NCBI GenBank assembly: GCA_035649495.1
Contig: DASRJL010000211.1
Span: 7,713-71,712, forward strand
DNA: 64,000 nucleotides
Reading direction: 5' to 3'
DNA from: Burkholderiales bacterium
GTDB lineage: Bacteria > Pseudomonadota > Gammaproteobacteria > Burkholderiales > SG8-41
Position 1 is the stretch's first letter. Each line of letters begins with the position of its first letter. The translations under genes were made by a program, and so were the position numbers. The notes under the pieces were generated by a model. The model saw nothing but the letters and a program-made list of their open reading frames with translations. It did no database searches and had not been told where the DNA came from. This document shows positions 23,964 through 34,514 of the stretch, one piece after another.

Positions 23964-26285
23964 ATGTCATTTCGCTGGTGGACATTTCCCGCGCTGCTGC
24001 TGCTTTCGGCGCTCGCCGCCGGCATCATGCTGCTCGCCTTTGCCGCGGCGATCGTCTACCCGACGCTGCCGTCGCTCGACGTGCTGACCGACTACCACCC
24101 CAAGATTCCGCTGCGCGTCTACAGCGGCGACGGCAAGCTGATCGGCGAGTTCGGCGAGGAGCGGCGGGCCGTGGTCAGCATCAAGGATGTTCCCCAGCCC
24201 TTGATCAATGCCATCGTCGCCGCCGAGGACGAGCGCTTCTACCAGCACCGCGGGGTGGACTACGTGGGCGTGGCGCGAGCCGCCATGTCCAATTTTGTCT
24301 CCGGTGGCGTGCGCCAGGGCGCCAGCACCATCACCATGCAGGTCGCGCGCAACTTCTTCCTGTCAAAGGAAAAAACGCTCACCCGCAAGTTCAACGAGAT
24401 GCTGCTCGCGTTCAAGATCGAGGCGAGCCTGCCCAAGGACCAGATCCTCGAGCTCTACATCAACCAGATCTATCTCGGGCAGAGGGCTTACGGATTCGCG
24501 GCGGCGGGGCAGATCTATTTCGGCAAGCGCCTTACGGATCTGACGCTGGCGGAGTCCGCCCTGCTGGCCGGGCTGCCCAAGGCCCCGTCGCGCTTCAACC
24601 CGGTCGCCAATCCCCAGCGGGCGAGGCTGCGCCAGCAGTACGTATTGCGCCGCATGCGCGACCTGCAGATGATCAGCGGAGAACAGCAGGCGGCGGCGGA
24701 AAAGCAGGTGGTTCACGTCAAGCGGGAAATGAGCGAGTTCGCCGTGCACGCAGAGCACTTCGCGGAGATGGTCCGCCAGGCCGTCTACGAGCGCTACCAG
24801 GATGACGCCTACACCAAGGGCCTGCGCGTTTACACCACGCTGCTCACGACGCACCAGGAGGCGGCCTACCAGGCGGTGCGCAGCGGGGCGCTGGATTACG
24901 ACCGCCGCCACGGTTACCGGGGGCCCGAGGACCATGCCGATCTTCCCGCCAAGCCCACCGAGGAGACGCTCGAGGACGCACTGCAGGACACGTCTGACAG
25001 CGACGGTCTCCATGCCGCGGTCGTAGTCGAGGCGAGCGCCAAGCTGGTAAAGGCCTACCGCAAGGGCGGGGGATGGATCGAGATCGGCGAGGAGGGCTTG
25101 AAGTTCGCCGCGCGCATGCTGGGAGAGAAAGCGAGTCCCAACCAGCGCATCCGGCGCGGCGCGATCATACGGGTGCAGAAGGACGAGAAAGACCGCTGGC
25201 ACATCGCGCAGCTGCCGGCGGTCGAGGCCTCGCTCGTCTCGATGGACACGCGCGATGGCGCGGTACGCGCGCTCGTCGGCGGCTTCGACTTCAACCGCAC
25301 GCAGTACAACCACGTCACGCAGGCCCTGCGCCAGCCGGGCTCCAGCTTCAAGCCGTTCATCTATTCAGCCGCGCTCGAAAAGGGCTTCACGCCGGCGACC
25401 GTCGTCAACGACGCGCCGCTCACATTCACCGCCGCGCAAACCGGTTCCGAGCCGTGGGAGCCGAAGAATTACGACGGCAAGTTCGACGGCCCGATGCGGC
25501 TGCGCACGGCGCTGATGAGATCGAAGAACCTGGTGTCGGTCCGCGTCATGCAGGCGATCACCCCGCATTATGCCCAGGACTACATCACCCGCTTCGGCTT
25601 CGACCCCAAGCTTCACCCGCCGTATCTCACGATGGCGCTGGGCGCAGGCAACGTGACCCCCCTCCAGATGCTCGGCGCCTACGGTGTTTTCGCCAACGGC
25701 GGCTATCGCGTCGTGCCCTACTACATCGAGCGGGTGGAAGACAGCCGCGGCAATGTCCTGGTGCAGGCGAAGCCGAGCGGCGTGGAAAACGGCGCGCAGC
25801 GCGTCATAGACCCGCGCAACGCTTTCATCATGACCAGCATGATGCGCGATGTCGTGCGGGGCGGCACGGCTGCGCGCGCCATGAAGCTGGGGCGGCAGGA
25901 TCTTGCAGGCAAGACCGGCACGACCAACGATTTCATCGACGCCTGGTTCTGCGGATTCAATCCCGGCCTGGTGGCAGTGGCCTGGATAGGATTCGACACG
26001 CCGCAGACGCTCGGCCGTAACGAAACGGGCGGCGCGGCCGCGCTACCCATGTGGATGAAGTACATGGCGGTGGCCCTGCGCGGGGTGCCGGAGCAGCCGT
26101 TCACGCCGCCGACCGGGGTGGTGGCCGCGCGCATCAATCCCGATACCGGGTTGAGGGTGGATGAGGCGGGCGGCGGGGTGCCCGACTTCTTCTACCAGGA
26201 GTTCCTGCCGCCCGAACAGGACAATCTGGCGGGCGGAAATCTCGGCAGCCGGCCGCCGGAAGAAGTCAGAAACCAGCTGTTTTGA
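23964..26285 (+). CDS. mrcA: penicillin-binding protein 1A (bifunctional glycosyltransferase/transpeptidase)
   Basis: 773 aa with an N-terminal TM anchor, GT51 motifs (EDERFYQHRGVD, GASTITMQVARN), and transpeptidase SSFKP, SKN and KTGTT motifs. Confidence 0.95.
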   Translation: MSFRWWTFPALLLLSALAAGIMLLAFAAAIVYPTLPSLDVLTDYHPKIPLRVYSGDGKLIGEFGEERRAVVSIKDVPQPLINAIVAAEDERFYQHRGVDYVGVARAAMSNFVSGGVRQGASTITMQVARNFFLSKEKTLTRKFNEMLLAFKIEASLPKDQILELYINQIYLGQRAYGFAAAGQIYFGKRLTDLTLAESALLAGLPKAPSRFNPVANPQRARLRQQYVLRRMRDLQMISGEQQAAAEKQVVHVKREMSEFAVHAEHFAEMVRQAVYERYQDDAYTKGLRVYTTLLTTHQEAAYQAVRSGALDYDRRHGYRGPEDHADLPAKPTEETLEDALQDTSDSDGLHAAVVVEASAKLVKAYRKGGGWIEIGEEGLKFAARMLGEKASPNQRIRRGAIIRVQKDEKDRWHIAQLPAVEASLVSMDTRDGAVRALVGGFDFNRTQYNHVTQALRQPGSSFKPFIYSAALEKGFTPATVVNDAPLTFTAAQTGSEPWEPKNYDGKFDGPMRLRTALMRSKNLVSVRVMQAITPHYAQDYITRFGFDPKLHPPYLTMALGAGNVTPLQMLGAYGVFANGGYRVVPYYIERVEDSRGNVLVQAKPSGVENGAQRVIDPRNAFIMTSMMRDVVRGGTAARAMKLGRQDLAGKTGTTNDFIDAWFCGFNPGLVAVAWIGFDTPQTLGRNETGGAAALPMWMKYMAVALRGVPEQPFTPPTGVVAARINPDTGLRVDEAGGGVPDFFYQEFLPPEQDNLAGGNLGSRPPEEVRNQLF

Positions 26286-26307
26286 ACGGGTCGGGTCGCA
26301 GATAGCC

Positions 26308-26910
26308 ATGGGCAGGGAATCCGGCCGCAACGACGAGCGGAGCCGCATCGCTCATCTCGCCGCGCGTCTGATGGCGGAGGACGGCATCGAGGACTATTCG
26401 CTCGCGAAGCGCAAGGCCGCGCGCCAGGCCGGGATGCCCGAAAGCCGGGATTTGCCCGGCAATGACGAAATCGACGCCGCGCTGCAGGTCTACCAGGCGA
26501 TTTATCACGCGGGCGAGCACCGCGACCGGCTGCGGGCGCTGCGCGAAAAGGCGGTGCGGGCGATGCGGGAGCTGGCGCGGTTCCAGCCCTACCTGACCGG
26601 CTCGGTCTTGAACGGCAACGCCGGCAAGTACGCGGACATCAACCTGCACGTCTATACCGACAACGGCAAGGCGGTCGAGCTTTACCTCATCGAGCGCGGC
26701 ATCCCCTACCGGGCGACGCAGGTGCGGCTCTACCCGGACGGGGAGCCGTGCCTCGCGCCGGTGTACACCCTGGATGACGAGGGCGTGGCCATCGAGATCA
26801 CCGTGCTTTCCACGCGGGAGCTGCGCGTGCCGGTGAGGACGAGCCCGGAAGGCAAGGCGATCGAGCGGGCGAAGCTTGCGGCGGTCGAACAATTACTCGA
26901 GGAATCGTGA
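26308..26910 (+). CDS. uncharacterised protein with a minimal nucleotidyltransferase-fold-like motif
   Basis: 200 aa starting at ATG 26308, 22 nt after the ponA stop. Central TGSVLNGNAGKYADINLHV resembles the Pol-beta NTase G[GS]-x10-D-x-[DE] motif, but with Asn at the second acidic position. No confident family assignment. Confidence 0.6.
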   Translation: MGRESGRNDERSRIAHLAARLMAEDGIEDYSLAKRKAARQAGMPESRDLPGNDEIDAALQVYQAIYHAGEHRDRLRALREKAVRAMRELARFQPYLTGSVLNGNAGKYADINLHVYTDNGKAVELYLIERGIPYRATQVRLYPDGEPCLAPVYTLDDEGVAIEITVLSTRELRVPVRTSPEGKAIERAKLAAVEQLLEES

Positions 26911-26917
26911 GCCCTGA

Positions 26918-27928
<1,011 letters not shown>

Positions 27929-27996
27929 TTACAAATCTTTGAAAGAGAGAAGTTTTCTGGTTAGCTGTGGCGGGAACTATTGGCCATTATATCCGC

Positions 27997-28114
27997 CTAA
28001 CAAACAGACGGCGTGAGTCGTCTCCCGCTTCACCTCCCTGAGCGGGCGCCTTAATCCAAATTAAGGCATTTTTGCCCCCGGTTTTACTCCCCTTTAACCG
28101 GGGGCTTTTTATTT
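27997..28114 (+). ncRNA. candidate small RNA or terminated 5' leader (three hairpins, intrinsic terminator)
   Basis: No credible ORF. Three hairpins: 28024..28046 with loop UCACCUCCCUG; 28048..28067 followed by AUUUUUG; and 28075..28104 followed by CUUUUUAUUU. Possible sigma70 promoter TTAGCT-18-CATTAT at 27961..27990. The 5' end is a guess. Confidence 0.3.
28075..28114 (+). terminator. Rho-independent terminator (plus strand) in hemB / cytochrome c4 spacer
   Basis: CCCCCGGTT ... AACCGGGGG 9-bp stem with a 12-nt loop, followed by CTTTTTATTT. Confidence 0.7.
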
Positions 28115-28362
28115 ATGGCCACCGCAGCGGCGCTGCCATGGCGATTAAATGAAACCCCGAGACCAATCCCCACCCTCACCAGTTCGACGGGCGTTTTCCG
28201 TGGGCCCGGAAATCCCCGGTTTTCATTAAGGAGTTTGTCAGAGCGAAGCGAGAACAAACTGCTAGGTTGTTGTTATTCGACGCGAAACTGGCGGGCTGGG
28301 CCGCGCCTGCTATACAATACGTGCTCTTCGCAACCCTGCCCGGATAATAACAAGGATCGAGC

Positions 28363-28971
28363 ATGAGTCTTCGCTGGGCCGCCACCTTCCTCCTCTGCGT
28401 GCTGGCCGTTTCAGCGGCGGGGTTGTCCAGAGGTCAGACCGGTCCACAGGTCTGCAGCCCCTGTCACGGCCTCGATGGAAACAGCGCGCAGCCGGCATTT
28501 CCCATTCTGGCGGGTCAGCATGCAGACTACACCGTGAAGCAACTCGGAAATTTCAAGCCCCAGGACGGCAAGCCGGCGGAACGCCCTAATGCCATCATGG
28601 CAGGAATAGTCGCCGCGATGTCCGCGGACGAAATGCGCAATCTGGGCGCGTACTTCGAGAGCAAGAAGCCGCAGCCACGCGCCGCACGCGATGCCAAGCT
28701 CGTCAAGCAGGGTCAGGCCATCTACCGCGGTGGTATTGCCGCGAAAGGCGTAGCCGCGTGCACGGCCTGCCACGGCCCGGCCGGCACCGGGATCCCGGCG
28801 CAGTTTCCGCGCCTCGCAGGACAGTACGCCGAATACACGGCCGCCCAGTTGAAGGCATTCCGCAGCGGCGAGCGCGGCAACGACCCCAACCGCATGATGC
28901 GGGCAATCGCCGAGAGGCTTTCCGACGGGGAGATCGCGGCGCTGGCCGATTACATCGCGGGACTGCGCTAG
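28363..28971 (+). CDS. cc4: di-haem cytochrome c4
   Basis: 202 aa with signal peptide and two CxxCH haem sites (CSPCHG, CTACHG), each followed by the c4-type repeat. Confidence 0.9.
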   Translation: MSLRWAATFLLCVLAVSAAGLSRGQTGPQVCSPCHGLDGNSAQPAFPILAGQHADYTVKQLGNFKPQDGKPAERPNAIMAGIVAAMSADEMRNLGAYFESKKPQPRAARDAKLVKQGQAIYRGGIAAKGVAACTACHGPAGTGIPAQFPRLAGQYAEYTAAQLKAFRSGERGNDPNRMMRAIAERLSDGEIAALADYIAGLR

Positions 28972-29017
28972 CTCAACGAAATGAGGGAATGCTCCCCTCA
29001 TACTCCCCTATCACAGG

Positions 29018-29043
29018 GCGCCTGACCTCATTCAGTCAGGCGC
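29018..29043. terminator. hairpin between convergent cytochrome c4 and hemL (possible bidirectional terminator)
   Basis: GCGCCTGAC / GTCAGGCGC perfect 9-bp stem with an 8-nt loop. No clear U-tract on either side. Confidence 0.4.
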
Positions 29044-29045
29044 TC

Positions 29046-30326
29046 TCAGACGATACTGGCGAAAGCTTTCTTCGCCGCAACCAAAGTCCGTTCCAGTTCC
29101 GGCGCACCGTGCGCCGAGGACACGAAACCCGCCTCGTAGGCCGAGGGCGCGAGATAGACGCCCGCCGCGAGCATGGCATGGAAAAACCGGTTGAACGCTT
29201 CGCGGTCGCACTGCAGGACCTCGGCGTAGGTCGCCGGGGGCGTTTCCCGGAAGTACATGCCGAACATGCCCCCGGCGCTTTGCGCGCAGAAACCGAGTCC
29301 CGCGTTGCGCGCCGCCTGCGTCAGGCCCTCGCATAGCGCGCGCGCCGTGGCCGAGACGCCTTCGAAAAAGCCCGGCGCCTGCACGAGCTTCAGCGTGGCG
29401 AGTCCCGCGGCGACCGCCACCGGATTGCCGGACAGCGTCCCGGCCTGGTAGACCGGTCCCAGGGGCGCGATCTTCTCCATCACTTCGCGCCGTCCACCGA
29501 CGGCACCGAGCGGCATGCCGCCACCGATGACCTTGCCGAGCGTCGTGAGATCGGGTTGAACGCCGTAGCGCTGCTGCGCGCCGCCGGGCGCAACGCGAAA
29601 CCCCGTCATGACTTCGTCGAAGATGAGCAGCGCGCCCTGCGCCGTGCAGCATTCGCGCAGGGTTTCCAGAAATCCTTCCCGCGGCGCGACGAGATTCATG
29701 TTGCCGGCGACGGGCTCGACGATGACGGCGGCGATCTCTGCGCCCGCCTCCGCGAACAACCGCTGCGCCGCCGCCGCATCGTTGTAATCGAGCACTACGG
29801 TGTCCGCCGCGACCGCTCCCGGCACGCCGGCCGAGCTGGGCTGCCCCAGGGTGAGCGCCCCCGATCCTGCCTTGACGAGCAGCGCATCGGCGTGACCATG
29901 GTAACAGCCCTCGAACTTGACGATTTTCGCCCGGCCCGTAGCACCCCGCGCGAGCCGGATCGCCGTCATGGTCGCCTCCGTCCCGGAATTGACCAGGCGC
30001 ACCCGCTCGAGGGCAGGCACGAGCTTCGTGAGCAGCTCCGCCATCTCGACTTCCGCTTCGGTCGGCGCACCGAAGGAGAGGCCTTTTTCAGCGGCCTGCT
30101 GGACGGCCCTGACGACATCGGGGTGCGCGTGACCTGCGATCAACGCGCCCCACGAGCAGACGTAGTCGACGTAGGCGTTGCCGTCGACGTCCCACACGGT
30201 CGCCCCTTTGCCCCGCTGTATGAATGGCGGCGTTCCCCCGACCGATTGAAATGCACGCACCGGAGAATTGACGCCGCCCGGAATGCGCAGCTGCGCCCGC
30301 TGGAACAGTGAGCGGCTGCGCTTCAT
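29046..30326 (-). CDS. hemL: glutamate-1-semialdehyde 2,1-aminomutase
   Basis: True N-terminus is [26 protein letters not shown], with a class III aminotransferase body. ATG overlaps the thiE TGA (ATGA). The track ORF to 30782 is an out-of-frame extension. Confidence 0.95.
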   Translation of the reverse strand: MKRSRSLFQRAQLRIPGGVNSPVRAFQSVGGTPPFIQRGKGATVWDVDGNAYVDYVCSWGALIAGHAHPDVVRAVQQAAEKGLSFGAPTEAEVEMAELLTKLVPALERVRLVNSGTEATMTAIRLARGATGRAKIVKFEGCYHGHADALLVKAGSGALTLGQPSSAGVPGAVAADTVVLDYNDAAAAQRLFAEAGAEIAAVIVEPVAGNMNLVAPREGFLETLRECCTAQGALLIFDEVMTGFRVAPGGAQQRYGVQPDLTTLGKVIGGGMPLGAVGGRREVMEKIAPLGPVYQAGTLSGNPVAVAAGLATLKLVQAPGFFEGVSATARALCEGLTQAARNAGLGFCAQSAGGMFGMYFRETPPATYAEVLQCDREAFNRFFHAMLAAGVYLAPSAYEAGFVSSAHGAPELERTLVAAKKAFASIV

Positions 30327-30958
30327 CCGGCCTTTTCTCCAAATAGCGCGCTGAATTGCTGCGCAGCGGCCCTGACGTCGGGTGCGCTGAAGAGCGCGGT
30401 GATCACCGATATGCTGTCCGCGCCGGCCGCGATCAGCTGCGGGGCATTGTCCACGGTGATGCCGCCGATCGCCACGACGGGGAGCCCCGGCCGGCGTTTC
30501 GCCTCGCCAAGGATCGAAAGCGGCGCTCCTCCGGAGCCGCCCTTGACGCTGGACGGGAAAAAACCGCCGAAGGCGACGTAGGTTGCCCCCAGCCGCGCGG
30601 CCGCCAGCGCGTTCTCGATCGCCCGGTAGCAGGAAACGCCGAGGATTCTGTCCGGACCGAGCCGGCGGCGCGCGTCCGCGACCGAGCCGTCCTCGCCGCC
30701 GATGTGCAAGCCCTCGGCGTCGACCTCCAGCGCCAGGTCGACGTGATCGTTGATGATGAGCGGAACGTGATAGCCGCGGCACAACCGGGCGAGGCCGCGC
30801 GCCTGCTCGAGCCGCAGCGCGGGATCGGCGGTCTTGTTGCGGTATTGCAGCGCCCGTGCTCCGCCGGCGAGCGCTGCTTCAACCTTGCCGAACAGCAGGG
30901 TGGAATCGGCGAGGTCCGGCGTGATGGCGTAGAGCCCTTGTATTATTGTGTTCGACAA
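30323..30958 (-). CDS. thiE: thiamine-phosphate synthase
   Basis: 211 aa TIM-barrel ThiE (LYAITPD..., QYRNK, IGGI). Lies between thiD and hemL, as in Pseudomonas. Confidence 0.92.
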   Translation of the reverse strand: MSNTIIQGLYAITPDLADSTLLFGKVEAALAGGARALQYRNKTADPALRLEQARGLARLCRGYHVPLIINDHVDLALEVDAEGLHIGGEDGSVADARRRLGPDRILGVSCYRAIENALAAARLGATYVAFGGFFPSSVKGGSGGAPLSILGEAKRRPGLPVVAIGGITVDNAPQLIAAGADSISVITALFSAPDVRAAAQQFSALFGEKAG

Positions 30959-30969
30959 CGTGCGCTCCT

Positions 30970-31836
30970 TCAGGATTTCTCGCCGTTCTCGCTGTCCTCG
31001 CCCGCCTCACTGTCCTCGCGTGCCCAGAACAGGCGGTCGGGAATGTGCTGGCCCATGCCGGGCCGGAACGCCGCTTTCAGCGTCTGCCAGGTGTACTCCT
31101 GCGCATCCTTCACGGCATCGCCGATCTCCAGGCCGTTGGCGATGGTCGCGGCAATTGCGGAAGCGAGCGTGCAGCCGGAACCGTGATAGGACCCGGGGAG
31201 GCGCTGCCACTTATCCTCGCGCACGACGCCGGCCGGCCCGTAGAGCGTGTTGACCACCTGCGGTGTGTTCTCGTGGGTGCCGGTGACGAGCACGTACTCG
31301 CAACCGCCGGCGATGATGCGGCGCGCGCACTCGGCGAGTTCCGGACCGGAGTCCTCGCCTTCTTCGATGGCGATGCGGCGGGCTTCGAGGCTGTTCGGCG
31401 TGATGATCGTGCTCTGGGGTATGAGCAGCTCCTTCAGCGCGTGCAGCATCTCCTCCGGCACCAGCTCGTCGCCCCTGCCGGAAGCGAGTACCGGATCGAG
31501 GATGAGCGGCACATCCGGGTAGTCGGACACCACCTCCGCGATTGCCGCGATCTGCTCCAGGTTGCCGAGGAGCCCGATCTTGAACGCCGCCACCGGCATA
31601 TCTTCGAGCACGCAGCGCGCCTGGTCGGCCACCCATTCGGCCTCGATGACGCTGACGTCGTCCACGCCCATCGTGTCCTGTACGGTCACGGCCGTGACGA
31701 CCGAGAGCGGGTGGCAGCCCATGCTCGAAAGCGTCATGATGTCGGCCTGCAGCCCGGCACCGCCGCTCGGATCAGATGCGGCGAAGACCAGCACGATGGG
31801 AGGCAGCTCGGACATTTCGACGGATCCCGGAGTCAT
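30970..31836 (-). CDS. thiD: hydroxymethylpyrimidine/phosphomethylpyrimidine kinase
   Basis: Ribokinase-fold ThiD (DPSGGAGLQADI, TGTHE, GSGCTLASAIA). Carries an unusual acidic C-terminal tail EDSEAGEDSENGEKS. Alternative start at 31815. Confidence 0.92.
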   Translation of the reverse strand: MTPGSVEMSELPPIVLVFAASDPSGGAGLQADIMTLSSMGCHPLSVVTAVTVQDTMGVDDVSVIEAEWVADQARCVLEDMPVAAFKIGLLGNLEQIAAIAEVVSDYPDVPLILDPVLASGRGDELVPEEMLHALKELLIPQSTIITPNSLEARRIAIEEGEDSGPELAECARRIIAGGCEYVLVTGTHENTPQVVNTLYGPAGVVREDKWQRLPGSYHGSGCTLASAIAATIANGLEIGDAVKDAQEYTWQTLKAAFRPGMGQHIPDRLFWAREDSEAGEDSENGEKS

Positions 31837-31929
31837 CGGCGCAAACCGCTGCCGGCCCGCAACGAGCGTGCTTGGTCGCGGAAGGAGTGATTCGTTAGAA
31901 TGGGATTTTAGCGTAAATCGGACGTTTGC

Positions 31930-32118
31930 ATGCCCAACGGCGACGCGCAGGGTTACAAGACCTACATGTGCCTTATCTGCGGTTTCGTCTACAGCGAAGC
32001 GGCGGGGCTGCCCGACGAAGGCATCGCGCCGGGAACCCGCTGGCAGGACATCCCGATGAACTGGACCTGCCCCGAGTGCGGCGCGCGCAAGGAAGACTTC
32101 GAGATGGTGGAGGTATGA
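31930..32118 (+). CDS. rubA: rubredoxin
   Basis: 62 aa with two CxxC pairs (CLICG, CPECG) and the conserved YxC...GxxPGTxF/W..P..WxCPxCG pattern. Possible promoter TTGGTC-18-TAGAAT at 31872..31901. Confidence 0.9.
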   Translation: MPNGDAQGYKTYMCLICGFVYSEAAGLPDEGIAPGTRWQDIPMNWTCPECGARKEDFEMVEV

Positions 32119-32210
32119 AGTTTTGAGTTTTGAGTGTTTAGTTTTGAGTTACCCTTAACACTCCATCGCGCCCACCGGCACTCAAAACTCAAAATTCAAC
32201 ACTCAACACT
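32118..32210 (+). repeat. heptanucleotide tandem-repeat palindromic element (TTGAGTT-type)
   Basis: Units TGAAGTT TTGAGTT TTGAGTG TTTAGTT TTGAGTT begin at the rubredoxin stop. The opposing arm CTCAAAACTCAAAATTCAACACTCAACACT lies at 32180..32210. Confidence 0.85.
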
Positions 32211-32219
32211 GGGAAGCGT

Positions 32220-32603
32220 ATGCGTATATTGCACACCATGCTCCGCGTCGGCGCGCTGCAGCGCTCGATCGATTTCTACACCCAGGTGCTGGGTATGAAG
32301 CTCCTGCGCACCACCGACCGCCCGGAGCAGAAGTACACGCTCGCTTTTGTCGGCTACGACAGCGAGGAGCGCTCCGCGGTGCTCGAGCTCACCTACAACT
32401 ACGGCGTCGACCGGTACGATATGGGAGGCGCCTACGGCCACGTTGCGATAGCCATCCCCGACGTGAAAGCCGCATGCGATCGCGTGCGCGCAGCGGGTGG
32501 CAAAGTGACGCGCGAGCCCGGCCCGGTAAAGGGCGGCACGTCCGTCATCGCTTTCGTCGAAGACCCCGACGGCTACAAGATCGAGTTCATCCAGAGGGAT
32601 TAG
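32220..32603 (+). CDS. gloA: lactoylglutathione lyase (glyoxalase I)
   Basis: 127 aa starting [11 protein letters not shown]...SIDFYT..LGM, with full collinearity to GloA. Confidence 0.93.
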   Translation: MRILHTMLRVGALQRSIDFYTQVLGMKLLRTTDRPEQKYTLAFVGYDSEERSAVLELTYNYGVDRYDMGGAYGHVAIAIPDVKAACDRVRAAGGKVTREPGPVKGGTSVIAFVEDPDGYKIEFIQRD

Positions 32604-32631
32604 GTCCGCAGCCGCCCTTTCGTCGCTGCGG

Positions 32632-33594
32632 CTACTCGATCTTGGCGCCCGACTGCTTCACGACGTCTTTCATCCTGTTGAACTCGGCCTTCAGGTGCCG
32701 GGTGAACTCCTCGGGCGTCTTGTAGGCGGGATCGAGCACCTGCGCCGAGAGCTTCGAGGCGACCTCGGGATCTTCCATCGCTTTCTTGATCTCGGCGCTC
32801 AAGCGGTCGATGATCGGCTTGGGCGTGCCCGCCGGAGTAAACGCGCCAAACCAAGATGTGAATTCGTAGCCCTTCACGGTTTCCGCGATCGTCGGGATGT
32901 TGGGAAACTGGGTGGTGCGCTTGTCCGAAGACACAGCGATGGGCCGCAGGCGTCCCGACTGGATGTGGGGATAAACCTCTGCTATTACCGTGAGCATTGC
33001 CTGCACCTCGCCGCCCACCAGCGCAACGACTGCGGGGGCGCCGCCCTTGAACGGGACATGGGTCATGTTGATTCCGGCCATGTTGGCGAAAACGCTCGTG
33101 GCAAGATGCTGGAAGGCGCCCATGCCGGCCGTGCAGTACAGGATCTGGCCGGGACGCGCTTTCGCCAGCGCGATGAACTCCTTCGTCGTCTTCACCGGCA
33201 GCGAAGGATGCACGGCGAGCATGCCCACTATTCGCGTCAACATCGCTATCCCGTCGAAGTCCTTCAGCTCGTAGGGCACCTTCTGGTAGAGGTGAAAGTT
33301 GTTGAGCATCGTCTGCGAATACACCATGAGCGTATAGCCGTCGGGGGGGCTCTTCGCCGCGATCGCGCCCCCGATCATCCCGGAGGCGCCGGCCCGGTTG
33401 TCGATCAGGAACTGCTGGTTCATCTGCTCGCCCACTTTCTGAAATATGATCCGCGACACGATATCGGTCCCGCCACCCGCGGGAAACACAACGATGACGC
33501 GCACCGGTTTCGTCGGGTATGCCTGCGACCATGCCGTGCCGCAGGCGAACACGATGAGACTCACGAATGCGCCCAGCAACCGAATCGTACTCAT
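32632..33594 (-). CDS. Bug-family (TctC-like) tripartite tricarboxylate transporter substrate-binding protein
   Basis: 320 aa with signal peptide and the YP.KP.R.IV.F.AGG..D motif characteristic of Bug proteins. No adjacent tctA/tctB. Confidence 0.88.
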   Translation of the reverse strand: MSTIRLLGAFVSLIVFACGTAWSQAYPTKPVRVIVVFPAGGGTDIVSRIIFQKVGEQMNQQFLIDNRAGASGMIGGAIAAKSPPDGYTLMVYSQTMLNNFHLYQKVPYELKDFDGIAMLTRIVGMLAVHPSLPVKTTKEFIALAKARPGQILYCTAGMGAFQHLATSVFANMAGINMTHVPFKGGAPAVVALVGGEVQAMLTVIAEVYPHIQSGRLRPIAVSSDKRTTQFPNIPTIAETVKGYEFTSWFGAFTPAGTPKPIIDRLSAEIKKAMEDPEVASKLSAQVLDPAYKTPEEFTRHLKAEFNRMKDVVKQSGAKIE

Positions 33595-33731
33595 GCCGTT
33601 CCTCCTCGCGGTAGGTTCCAGCGGCTTTGCGCGCTGTGACCGTTCACTTTACCGGATTGGCCGGGGATCGGCTGCCCGGACACGGAAAGTGAGCGCGAGC
33701 GCGGGGAAGACGCCGCCAAACATTTAATTTT

Positions 33732-34514
33732 CTACGGGTTTTCCTGCCTGAGGCCTTCATCTGCCAGGCGGACGAAGTCCTCGACGCGCAGGTCCTGCGC
33801 GCGCAATCCCGGGTCTATGCCGAGCCGCTCGAAATCCGCGGGTCCGAACCGCCCCTTCAACGTGTTGCGCAGCGTCTTGCGGCGCTGGGAGAACGCTGCG
33901 GCCACGATGGCCGCGAAGTGCGTCTCGTCGCGCGCCGGGTGAGGCAGCGGGCGGAGCGGGATCATGCGCACGAGGGCTGACTCCACCTCCGGCGCGGGCC
34001 GGAAGGCGGCGGCCGGCACCTCGAGCACGCACTCCATGGCGAAGCGATACTGCAGCATCACCGAGAGCCGCCCGTAGTCGGAAGCGGAAGGCGCAGCGAT
34101 CATGCGCTCCACCACTTCCTTTTGCAGCATGACGTGGATGTCGCGTATCGCCTGCGCGTGACCCGCGAGGTGAAAGAGCAGCGGCGTGGAAATGTTGTAC
34201 GGGAGGTTGCCGACGATCCGGAGATCCTTCCCGAGCCCGCCGAAATCGAACGCCAGCGCATCGCCTTCATGGATCGCGACGCGCGCAGCCAGCGGACTTT
34301 CCCGGAGCCGCGCGACGATATCGCGGTCGATCTCGATGACGTCGAGGCCGTGAACACGCTCGCAGAGCGGTTGCGTGAGTGCTCCGAGGCCCGGACCGAT
34401 CTCGACCACGCGGTCTTCGCGCCGGGGGGCGATGGCGGCGACGAGGGCATCGACCACAGCCTCGTCGATGAGAAAGTTCTGACCGAAGCGCTTGCGGGCG
34501 CGGTGCGGCTTCAC
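33732..34514 (-). CDS. rsmA: 16S rRNA (adenine1518/1519-N6)-dimethyltransferase
   Basis: Begins KRFGQNFL, with the SAM motif VEIGPGLGALT and NLPYNISTP. 4-nt overlap with pdxA. Confidence 0.95.
   Translation of the reverse strand: MKPHRARKRFGQNFLIDEAVVDALVAAIAPRREDRVVEIGPGLGALTQPLCERVHGLDVIEIDRDIVARLRESPLAARVAIHEGDALAFDFGGLGKDLRIVGNLPYNISTPLLFHLAGHAQAIRDIHVMLQKEVVERMIAAPSASDYGRLSVMLQYRFAMECVLEVPAAAFRPAPEVESALVRMIPLRPLPHPARDETHFAAIVAAAFSQRRKTLRNTLKGRFGPADFERLGIDPGLRAQDLRVEDFVRLADEGLRQENP

Noticed and set aside
31837-31929. Possible TPP riboswitch upstream of thiD-thiE
   Set aside because: I read the minus-strand leader and found none of the conserved THI-box elements (CUGAGA, ACCUGAUCUGGAUAAUGCCAGC-like core). 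The spacer looks like a plain divergent promoter region shared with rubredoxin.
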